A stretch of 21,155 nt of DNA, counting the filler, from Protoeuglena noctilucae (lineage: Eukaryota), in assembly GCA_958009085.1 (NCBI GenBank). It is 2 parts of 2 records of this genome, joined end to end, with 100 filler letters (N's around TTAATTAATTAA, not from the genome) between each part and the next. Parts side by side here need not be neighbours in the genome. Positions count along the whole stretch, not along the records: positions 1 to 15,866 come from CATQFP010000001.1; positions 15,967 to 21,155 come from CATQFP010000002.1. One strand, given 5' to 3'. Numbering within the stretch: the stretch's first letter is position 1; each line of letters starts with the position of its first letter. A program made the translations under genes and the position numbers. This document shows, piece after piece, positions 8,643 to 17,297 of this stretch. The notes under the pieces are model-generated. The model searched no databases and was not told the DNA's origin. It saw only the letters and a list, made by a program, of their open reading frames with translations.

Positions 8643-8763
8643 GCTGACAGCACCCTGAGGTCTTCCCAGGCGGTCCCCCACCCTAGTACTAACCGGGCCC
8701 TGCGCCACTTAACTTCGGAGTTCAGAAGAGATCCGGTGCATTGGACGCGGTATGGCCGTCAGC
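8643..8763 (-). rRNA. 5S rRNA, copy 4
   Basis: Same sequence as copy 1. Confidence 0.97.
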
Positions 8764-9039
8764 GAAGAGATTTTTTTTGCTTCACCATCCACAATTTCCT
8801 CGCAACCTCGTTCCATCCTGACATCATGTTCTCCTTGCGTCGAACACCTCCCATCTGCCCGCTCGGGGCGCCGCGACGAAAACATGTCCCTGATGTCCTG
8901 GTGAACAACTCACTCACGTGCAAAAACCTGCCGAGAGTTCTCGGTCCATCTCTCTCTCTCTCTTGGGCACACCACACCAGCCAGCTTCACATAAAAATCG
9001 GTCCTGCGCGACAGCCGGTCTTTGCTGAAATGAAACGAC

Positions 9040-9040
<1 letters not shown>

Positions 9041-9091
<51 letters not shown>
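9041..9091 (+). repeat. poly(T) tract (51 nt)
   Basis: Directly visible homopolymer. Confidence 0.95.
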
Positions 9092-9094
<3 letters not shown>

Positions 9095-9259
9095 GTGCGG
9101 TTTTTGAAAAGGCGTTGTGATGCTGCCCCCTTGTTTTTCTTGTTGGTAACGAGAGGCCACCCTCCCTGATGAGGGCAAACACATCGAATTATCAGCACAA
9201 TTCACCACAGTGCGAAAACATCGAAGCGAAGGCCCACGAGTGGGAGGAGGGAAGAGGGA

Positions 9260-11342
9260 GGGGTTGGGGGTTGGGTAGGGCAGTAGGGCGGTAGGGCGGT
9301 AGGTGTTGGGTTGGGCGGTTGGGTGTGTGGAGTGGTTGGGCGGTGGTGCGGTCGGGCGGTTGAGCGGGCGGTTGGGTGTGTGGAGTGGTTGGGCGGTAGT
9401 GCGGCCAGGTGTGTGTGGAGTGGTAGGGCGGCAGGGCGGTAGGGCGGTAGGTGTTGGGTTGGGCGGTTGGGTGTGTGGAGTGGTTGGGCGGTGGTGCGGT
9501 CGGGCGGTTGAGCGGGCGGTTGGGTGTGTGGAGTGGTTGGGCGGTAGTGCGGCCAGGTGTGTGTGGAGTGGTAGGGCGGTAGGGCGGTAGGGCGGTAGGT
9601 GTTGGGTTGGGCGGTTGGGTGTGTGGAGTGGTTGGGCGGTGGTGCGGTCGGGCGGTTGAGCGGGCGGTTGGGTGTGTGGAGTGGTTGGGCGGTAGTGCGG
9701 CCAGGTGTGTGTGGAGTGGTAGGGCGGTAGGGCGGCAGGGTGGTAGGGCGGTAGGGCGGCAGGGCGGTAGGGCGGTAGGTGTTGGGTTGGGCGGTTGGGT
9801 GTGTGGAGTGGTTGGGCGGTGGTGCGGTCGGGCGGTTGAGCGGGCGGTTGGGTGTGTGGAGTGGTTGGGCGGTAGTGCGGCCAGGTGTGTGTGGAGTGGT
9901 AGGGCGGTAGGGCGGCAGGGCGGTAGGGCGGTAGGGCGGTAGTGCGGTCGGGCGGCAGGGCGGTAGGTGTTGGGTTGGGCGGTTGGGTGTGTGGAGTGGT
10001 TGGGCGGTGGTGCGGTCGGGCGGTTGAGCGGGCGGTTGGGTGTGTGGAGTGGTTGGGCGGTAGTGCGGCCAGGTGTGTGTGGAGTGGTAGGGCGGTAGGG
10101 CGGCAGGGGCGGTAGGGCGGTAGGGCGGTAGTGCGGTCGGGCGGCAGGGCGGTAGGTGTTGGGTTGGGCGGTTGGGTGTGTGGAGCGGTTGGGCGGTGGT
10201 GCGGTCGGGCGGTTGAGCGGGCGGTTGGGTGTGTGGAGTGGTTGGGCGGTAGTGCGGCCAGGTGTGTGTGGAGTGGTAGGGCGGCAGGGCGGTAGGGCGG
10301 TAGGTGTTGGGTTGGGCGGTTGGGTGTGTGGAGTGGTTGGGCGGTGGTGCGGTCGGGCGGTTGAGCGGGCGGTTGGGTGTGTGGAGTGGTTGGGCGGTAG
10401 TGCGGCCAGGTGTGTGTGGAGTGGTAGGGCGGTAGGGCGGCAGGGCGGTAGGGCGGTAGGGCGGTAGGTGTTGGGTTGGGCGGTTGGGTGTGTGGAGTGG
10501 TTGGGCGGTAGTGCGGCCAGGTGTGTGTGGAGTGGTAGGGCGGTAGGGCGGCAGGGCGGTAGGGCGGTAGGGCGGCAGGGCGGTAGGGCGGTAGGTGTTG
10601 GGTTGGGCGGTTGGGTGTGTGGAGTGGTTGGGCGGTGGTGCGGTCGGGCGGAAGAGCGGGCGGTTGGGTGTGTGGAGTGGTTGGGCGGTGGTGAGGTCGG
10701 GCGGTTGAGCGGGCGGTTGGGTGTGTGGAGTGGTTGGGCGGTGGTGCGGCCAGGTGTGTGTGGAGTGGTAGGGCGGTAGGGCGGCAGGGCGGTAGGGCGG
10801 TAGGGCGGTAGGTGTTGGGTTGGGCGGTTGGGTGTGTGGAGTGGTTGGGCGGTGGTGCGGTCGGGCGGTTGAGTGGGCGGTTGGGTGTGTGGAGTGGTTG
10901 CGCGGCAGGGCGGCAGGGTGTGTGTGGAGTGGTAGGGCGGTAGGGCGGTAGGGCGGTAGGGCGGTAGGGCGGTAGGTGTTGGGTTGGGCGGTTGGGTGTG
11001 TGTGGAGTGGTTGGGCGGTGGTGCGGTCGGGCGGTTGAGCGGGCGGTTGGGTGTGTGGAGTGGTTGCGCGGCAGGGCGGCAGGGCGGCAGGGTGTGTGTG
11101 TGTGTGTGGAGTGGTTGGTGGATGGGCGGCAGGGCGGTAGGGCTGTAGGGCGGTAGGTGTTGGGTTGGGCGGTTGGGTGTGTGTGTGGAGTGGTTGGGCG
11201 GTGGTGCGGTCGGGCGGTTGAGCGGTTGAGCGGTTGAGCGGGCGGTTGGGCGGTTGGGTGTGTGGAGTGGTTGGGCGGTGGTGCGGTCGGGCGGTTGAGC
11301 GGGCGGTTGGGTGTTTGGGGGTGTTTGTTGTGTTGTGTTGTG
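9260..11342. repeat. G/T-rich minisatellite spacer, long class (~2083 bp)
   Basis: Extra 148/180/188-bp modules in the 5' half. Confidence 0.95.
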
Positions 11343-11427
11343 AGAACACGGAACGACATCGCCAGGCGAAGGCCCACAACAAAGAAGAAGGGAGAGGAGA
11401 GATGGGCACTGATTTTGGTGCTTCCAA

Positions 11428-11508
11428 GACACTTTGGCCGAGTGGTTAAGGCGTCGGCCTGCTAAGCCGATGGGCTCTGCCCGCGTGGGTTCGAATCCAT
11501 AGGTGTCG
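11428..11508 (+). tRNA. tRNA-Ser(GCT), copy 5, with a 1-nt deletion in the T stem (variant or read error)
   Basis: GGTTCGAATCCATAGG instead of GGTTCGAATCCCATAGG; otherwise the same as copy 1. Confidence 0.88.
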
Positions 11509-11610
11509 CTGTTGCATTGCACGCTGGGGCAAAAAACTTTTGCCCCGAGCCACGATCATCGAACCACGAACCTTCACTGCGATAGCAGTCCTTTCCAACC
11601 TCCAACTGTC

Positions 11611-11672
11611 ACCGTAGCCATTTTGGCTCAAGGTACAAGTTGGGCTGATGCGGCAACGCAAGCCTTGTTTTT
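11611..11672 (+). ncRNA. Dinoflagellate SL RNA gene, copy 5
   Basis: DinoSL 22-mer + GT + hairpin + T5. Confidence 0.96.
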
Positions 11673-11753
11673 GATGCTCTGCCACCCCGCGTACGTTTCA
11701 CAAAATGTGCGGAACACACAAATTGGAACGTGAATCCGAAGAAAACAACAAAT

Positions 11754-11874
11754 GCTGACAGCACCCTGAGGTCTTCCCAGGCGGTCCCCCACCCTAGTAC
11801 TAACCGGGCCCTGCGCCACTTAACTTCGGAGTTCAGAAGAGATCCGGTGCATTGGACGCGGTATGGCCGTCAGC
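11754..11874 (-). rRNA. 5S rRNA, copy 5
   Basis: Same sequence as copy 1. Confidence 0.97.
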
Positions 11875-12149
11875 GAAGAGATTTTTTTTGCTTCACCATC
11901 CACAATTTCCTCGCAACCTCGTTCCATCCTGACATCATGTTCTCCTTGCGTCGAACACCTCCCATCTGCCCGCTCGGGGCGCCGCGACGAAAACATGTCC
12001 CTGATGTCCTGGTGAACAACTCACTCACGTGCAAAAACCTGCCGAGAGTTCTCGGTCCATCTCTCTCTCTCTTGGGCACACCACACCAGCCAGCTTCACA
12101 TAAAAATCGGTCCTGCGCGACAGCCGGTCTTTGCTGAAATGAAACGACG

Positions 12150-12169
12150 TTTTTTTTTTTTTTTTTTTT
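12150..12169 (+). repeat. poly(T) tract (20 nt)
   Basis: Directly visible homopolymer. Confidence 0.95.
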
Positions 12170-12334
12170 GTGCGGTTTTTGAAAAGGCGTTGTGATGCTG
12201 CCCCCTTGTTTTTCTTGTTGGTAACGAGAGGCCACCCTCCCTGATGAGGGCAAACACATCGAATTATCAGCACAATTCACCACAGTGCGAAAACATCGAA
12301 GCGAAGGCCCACGAGTGGGAGGAGGGAAGAGGGA

Positions 12335-14425
12335 GGGGTTGGGGGTTGGGTAGGGCAGTAGGGCGGTAGGGCGGTAGGTGTTGGGTTGGGCGGTTGGGTG
12401 TGTGGAGTGGTTGGGCGGTGGTGCGGTCGGGCGGTTGAGCGGGCGGTTGGGTGTGTGGAGTGGTTGGGCGGTAGTGCGGCCAGGTGTGTGTGGAGTGGTA
12501 GGGCGGCAGGGCGGTAGGGCGGTAGGTGTTGGGTTGGGCGGTTGGGTGTGTGGAGTGGTTGGGCGGTGGTGCGGTCGGGCGGTTGAGCGGGCGGTTGGGT
12601 GTGTGGAGTGGTTGGGCGGTAGTGCGGCCAGGTGTGTGTGGAGTGGTAGGGCGGTAGGGCGGTAGGGCGGTAGGTGTTGGGTTGGGCGGTTGGGTGTGTG
12701 GAGTGGTTGGGCGGTGGTGCGGTCGGGCGGTTGAGCGGGCGGTTGGGTGTGTGGAGTGGTTGGGCGGTAGTGCGGCCAGGTGTGTGTGGAGTGGTAGGGC
12801 GGTAGGGCGGCAGGGTGGTAGGGCGGTAGGGCGGCAGGGCGGTAGGGCGGTAGGTGTTGGGTTGGGCGGTTGGGTGTGTGGAGTGGTTGGGCGGTGGTGC
12901 GGTCGGGCGGTTGAGCGGGCGGTTGGGTGTGTGGAGTGGTTGGGCGGTAGTGCGGCCAGGTGTGTGTGGAGTGGTAGGGCGGTAGGGCGGCAGGGCGGTA
13001 GGGCGGTAGGGCGGTAGTGCGGTAGGCGGGCGGCAGGGCGGTAGGTGTTGGGTTGGGCGGTTGGGTGTGTGGAGTGGTTGGGCGGTGGTGCGGTCGGGCG
13101 GTTGAGCGGGCGGTTGGGTGTGTGGAGTGGTTGGGCGGTAGTGCGGCCAGGTGTGTGTGGAGTGGTAGGGCGGTAGGGCGGCAGGGCGGTAGGGCGGTAG
13201 GGCGGTAGTGCGGTCGGGCGGCAGGGCGGTAGGTGTTGGGTTGGGCGGTTGGGTGTGTGGAGTGGTTGGGCGGTGGTGCGGTCGGGCGGTTGAGCGGGCG
13301 GTTGGGTGTGTGGAGTGGTTGGGCGGTAGTGCGGCCAGGTGTGTGTGGAGTGGTAGGGCGGCAGGGCGGTAGGGCGGTAGGTGTTGGGTTGGGCGGTTGG
13401 GTGTGTGGAGTGGTTGGGCGGTGGTGCGGTCGGGCGGTTGAGCGGGCGGTTGGGTGTGTGGAGTGGTTGGGCGGTAGTGCGGCCAGGTGTGTGTGGAGTG
13501 GTAGGGCGGAAGGGCGGCAGGGCGGTAGGGCGGTAGGGCGGTAGGTGTTGGGTTGGGCGGTTGGGTGTGTGGAGTGGTTGGGCGGTAGTGCGGCCAGGTG
13601 TGTGTGGAGTGGTAGGGCGGTAGGGCGGCAGGGCGGCAGGGCGGTAGGGCGGCAGGGCGGTAGGGCGGTAGGTGTTGGGTTGGGCGGTTGGGTGTGTGGA
13701 GTGGTTGGGCGGTGGTGCGGTCGGGCGGAAGAGCGGGCGGTTGGGTGTGTGGAGTGGTTGGGCGGTGGTGAGGTCGGGCGGTTGAGCGGGCGGTTGGGTG
13801 TGTGGAGTGGTTGGGCGGTGGTGCGGCCAGGTGTGTGTGGAGTGGTAGGGCGGTAGGGCGGCAGGGCGGTAGGGCGGTAGGGCGGTAGGTGTTGGGTTGG
13901 GCGGTTGGGTGTGTGGAGTGGTTGGGCGGTGGTGCGGTCGGGCGGTTGAGTGGGCGGTTGGGTGTGTGGAGTGGTTGCGCGGCAGGGCGGCAGGGTGTGT
14001 GTGGAGTGGTAGGGCGGTAGGGCGGTAGGGCGGTAGGGCGGTCGGGCGGTAGGGCGGTAGGTGTTGGGTTGGGCGGTTGGGTGTGTGTGGAGTGGTTGGG
14101 CGGTGGTGCGGTCGGGCGGTTGAGCGGGCGGTTGGGTGTGTGGAGTGGTTGCGCGGCAGGGCGGCAGGGCGGCAGGGTGTGTGTGTGTGTGGAGTGGTTG
14201 GTGGATGGGCGGCAGGGCGGTAGGGCTGTAGGGCGGTAGGTGTTGGGTTGGGCGGTTGGGTGTGTGTGTGGAGTGGTTGGGCGGTGGTGCGGTCGGGCGG
14301 TTGAGCGGTTGAGCGGTTGAGCGGGCGGTTGGGCGGTTGGGTGTGTGGAGTGGTTGGGCGGTAGTGCGGTCGGGCGGTTGAGCGGGCGGTTGGGTGTTTG
14401 GGGGTGTTTGTTGTGTTGTGTTGTG
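12335..14425. repeat. G/T-rich minisatellite spacer, long class (~2091 bp)
   Basis: Same module order as 9260-11342. Confidence 0.95.
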
Positions 14426-14510
14426 AGAACATGGAACGACATCGCCAGGCGAAGGCCCACAACAAAGAAGAAGGGAGAGGAGAGATGGGCACTGATTTTG
14501 GTGCTTCCAA

Positions 14511-14592
14511 GACACTTTGGCCGAGTGGTTAAGGCGTCGGCCTGCTAAGCCGATGGGCTCTGCCCGCGTGGGTTCGAATCCCATAGGTGTCG
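14511..14592 (+). tRNA. tRNA-Ser(GCT), copy 6
   Basis: Same sequence as copy 1. Confidence 0.97.
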
Positions 14593-14694
14593 CTGTTGCA
14601 TTGCACGCTGGGGCAAAAAACTTTTGCCCCGAGCCACGATCATCGAACCACGAACCTTCACTGCGATAGCAGTCCTTTCCAACCTCCAACTGTC

Positions 14695-14756
14695 ACCGTA
14701 GCCATTTTGGCTCAAGGTACAAGTTGGGCTGATGCGGCAACGCAAGCCTTGTTTTT
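14695..14756 (+). ncRNA. Dinoflagellate SL RNA gene, copy 6
   Basis: DinoSL 22-mer + GT + hairpin + T5. Confidence 0.96.
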
Positions 14757-14837
14757 GATGCTCTGCCACCCCGCGTACGTTTCACAAAATGTGCGGAACA
14801 CACAAATTGGAACGTGAATCCGAAGAAAACAACAAAT

Positions 14838-14958
14838 GCTGACAGCACCCTGAGGTCTTCCCAGGCGGTCCCCCACCCTAGTACTAACCGGGCCCTGCGC
14901 CACTTAACTTCGGAGTTCAGAAGAGATCCGGTGCATTGGACGCGGTATGGCCGTCAGC
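14838..14958 (-). rRNA. 5S rRNA, copy 6
   Basis: Same sequence as copy 1. Confidence 0.97.
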
Positions 14959-15234
14959 GAAGAGATTTTTTTTGCTTCACCATCCACAATTTCCTCGCAA
15001 CCTCGTTCCATCCTGACATCATGTTCTCCTTGCGTCGAACACCTCCCATCTGCCCGCTCGGGGCGCCGCGACGAAAACATGTCCCTGATGTCCTGGTGAA
15101 CAACTCACTCACGTGCAAAAACCTGCCGAGAGTTCTCGGTCCATCTCTCTCTCTCTCTTGGGCACACCACACCAGCCAGCTTCACATAAAAATCGGTCCT
15201 GCGCGACAGCCGGTCTTTGCTGAAATGAAACGAC

Positions 15235-15336
<102 letters not shown>

Positions 15337-15500
15337 TGCGGTTTTTGAAAAGGCGTTGTGATGCTGCCCCCTTGTTTTTCTTGTTGGTAACGAGAGGCCA
15401 CCCTCCCTGATGAGGGCAAACACATCGAATTATCAGCACAATTCACCACAGTGCGAAAACATCGAAGCGAAGGCCCACGAGTGGGAGGAGGGAAGAGGGA

Positions 15501-15866
15501 GGGGTTGGGGGTTGGGTAGGGCAGTAGGGCGGTAGGGCGGTAGGTGTTGGGGTGTGGGCGGTTGGGTGTGTGGAGTGGTTGGGCGGTGGTGCGGTCGGGC
15601 GGTTGAGCGGGCGGTTGGGTGTGTGGAGTGGTTGGGCGGTAGTGCGGCCAGGTGTGTGTGGAGTGGTAGGGCGGCAGGGCGGTAGGGCGGTAGGTGTTGG
15701 GTTGGGCGGTTGGGTGTGTGGAGTGGTTGGGCGGTGGTGCGGTCGGGCGGTTGAGCGGGCGGTTGGGTGTGTGGAGTGGTTGGGCGGTAGTGCGGCCAGG
15801 TGTGTGTGGAGTGGTAGGGCGGTAGGGCGGTAGGGCGGTAGGTGTTGGGTTGGGCGGTTGGGTGTG
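15501..15866. repeat. G/T-rich minisatellite spacer (3'-truncated at contig end)
   Basis: Same motifs, running into the N spacer. Confidence 0.95.
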
Positions 15867-15966
15867 NNNNNNNNNNNNNNNNNNNNNNNNNNNNNNNNNN
15901 NNNNNNNNNNTTAATTAATTAANNNNNNNNNNNNNNNNNNNNNNNNNNNNNNNNNNNNNNNNNNNN
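15867..15966. other. Artificial contig-joining spacer
   Basis: Exactly 44 N + TTAATTAATTAA + 44 N = 100 nt. The palindromic 12-mer places stop codons in all six frames, typical of a concatenation linker. Confidence 0.95.
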
Positions 15967-16353
15967 GATGACAACATCAGAACGTCCAAAAAGAGGTCAC
16001 GAGCGAGGCGTCGCCCCCTAAAGGGGAGACAACTGAGCACGCGTGAAAACCAAGGGAGTGCACCCATCAGGGTGACCCCTCAGCGTCAGAGCGAGTGCCC
16101 CAGGCCACACAGAGAAGGGCGACAAACCCACAGAGTGCACGAAGAAAACGACAGAATCCTCCAAGGCAGGCACGACGAATCCAGCGGCTGAGCTCGAGTC
16201 ACACAAAGGCCATGTGGTAGCGCGGCGCGACAACGAAGAACATGAGGGCGATGCTGGTGTGCAAAGGCTCAGCCACGAGGAGCAAAACAACGGCACCGAC
16301 CAGCACGCAAAATGGGGAGCACAACGACAAGGCACAAGAGGCGCGGTAGGCGC

Positions 16354-17064
16354 TCAAATGTCGCGCCACATGGAACGCTTCGCGGCTCTGCGCACGCGTC
16401 GCCTCCTCTTGTCCCGGGCGCGCCGACCTGCTCCAGTGGCTGAATCCGACTGGGCGCCAGCGGCCGGGTGAACGCCCGGAGGAGGGGTAAGGCCATGGGC
16501 GTCAAGGAGAGCGTCCCATTCGCTGTCGGAGTCGGGCGCAGCGACGGGTGCGAGGCAAGTCACAGTGGGCTGAGTGGCTTGGGGAGCTGCGGCAGGAGGA
16601 GGACCAGAAGCGCGTGCAGAGTCCGAGGACGCCTGAAGCGCACGCGCCACCCGAGAGGCGCGGAGCAGCGTGGGCGGGACTGGTGGGCAACTCTTGCCGG
16701 TTAAGCCCGTGACCAGCCCAGCCCGGTCGAGAGCGACAGAGCCGCGCATGGAGGCAACACTGTGACTGCGTCGAGGAGCACGCTTGGGCAGTGGCGCTGG
16801 AGAGCGGGACCGCGAGCGAGCGCCTCTGGGGGCAGTCGGAGCGACTGCTGGCCTGACCAGAGCTGGCGCCACTGCTTCGCACAACGGAGTGGAAGACGGG
16901 GACTGAGCCGCAGAGGAGACAGGAGAGGCTGCGGTGGAGACGGCGGAGCCAGCTGCGTTAGTGCCGCTCAGGACACTGGAGACGTCCTGCGCGATGGACT
17001 CCTCGAGCTCGGCGAGTGCTGCGAGGCGTGCAGAGAGGCGCCGCAGGGCGTCAATGCGAGACAT
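16354..17064 (-). CDS. Hypothetical 236-aa protein (MSRIDALRRL...SMWRDI): helical N-terminus, Ser/Pro/Ala-rich middle, Arg-rich C-terminus
   Basis: First ATG of the 16354-17346 frame, in GGCGCC-ATG context. Amphipathic N-terminus, RSRSRSP, acidic DSDSEWDALL, basic RRARDKRRRRVRRAAKR. No recognised family. Confidence 0.5.
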   Translation of the reverse strand: MSRIDALRRLSARLAALAELEESIAQDVSSVLSGTNAAGSAVSTAASPVSSAAQSPSSTPLCEAVAPALVRPAVAPTAPRGARSRSRSPAPLPKRAPRRSHSVASMRGSVALDRAGLVTGLTGKSCPPVPPTLLRASRVARALQASSDSARASGPPPAAAPQATQPTVTCLAPVAAPDSDSEWDALLDAHGLTPPPGVHPAAGAQSDSATGAGRRARDKRRRRVRRAAKRSMWRDI

Positions 17065-17297
17065 GGCGCCGAGAGGGAGAGGGCAGGCCGCTGGGGCGCC
17101 AGTGATGACAAGCCCCAGGGCCTGCCGCTGCAACAGAGACTGCGGAAACGGACTGAGCCAGGTGCGCGTGGCGAGCAAGGCAGGCGGGCGACCAGAGACA
17201 GAGAAACTGGAGAGCAGAGACAGAAGAGCCAGTGGACACGGAACAGGAACAAAGCAGCACAGAAGAGCCAAACATGACAGTAGACACCCAGCAAAGG

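Noticed and set aside
11491..11500. tRNA copy 5 as a pseudogene
   Set aside because: A single C missing from a CCC run, in a unit that also has other short-repeat indels; it cannot be distinguished from read error.
1636..14689. Long minus-strand Pro/Thr/His-rich ORFs (450-940 aa) and short Gly/Val/Arg-rich plus-strand ORFs
   Set aside because: The C-rich satellite strand has no stop codons, so all three frames are open at once. Unit lengths are not multiples of 3, frames shift between copies, and the ORFs run through tRNA antisense and poly(A).
15911..15922. TTAATTAATTAA as a biological site (piggyBac TTAA or PacI-like)
   Set aside because: It is centred between two 44-N runs, i.e. a synthetic six-frame-stop linker.
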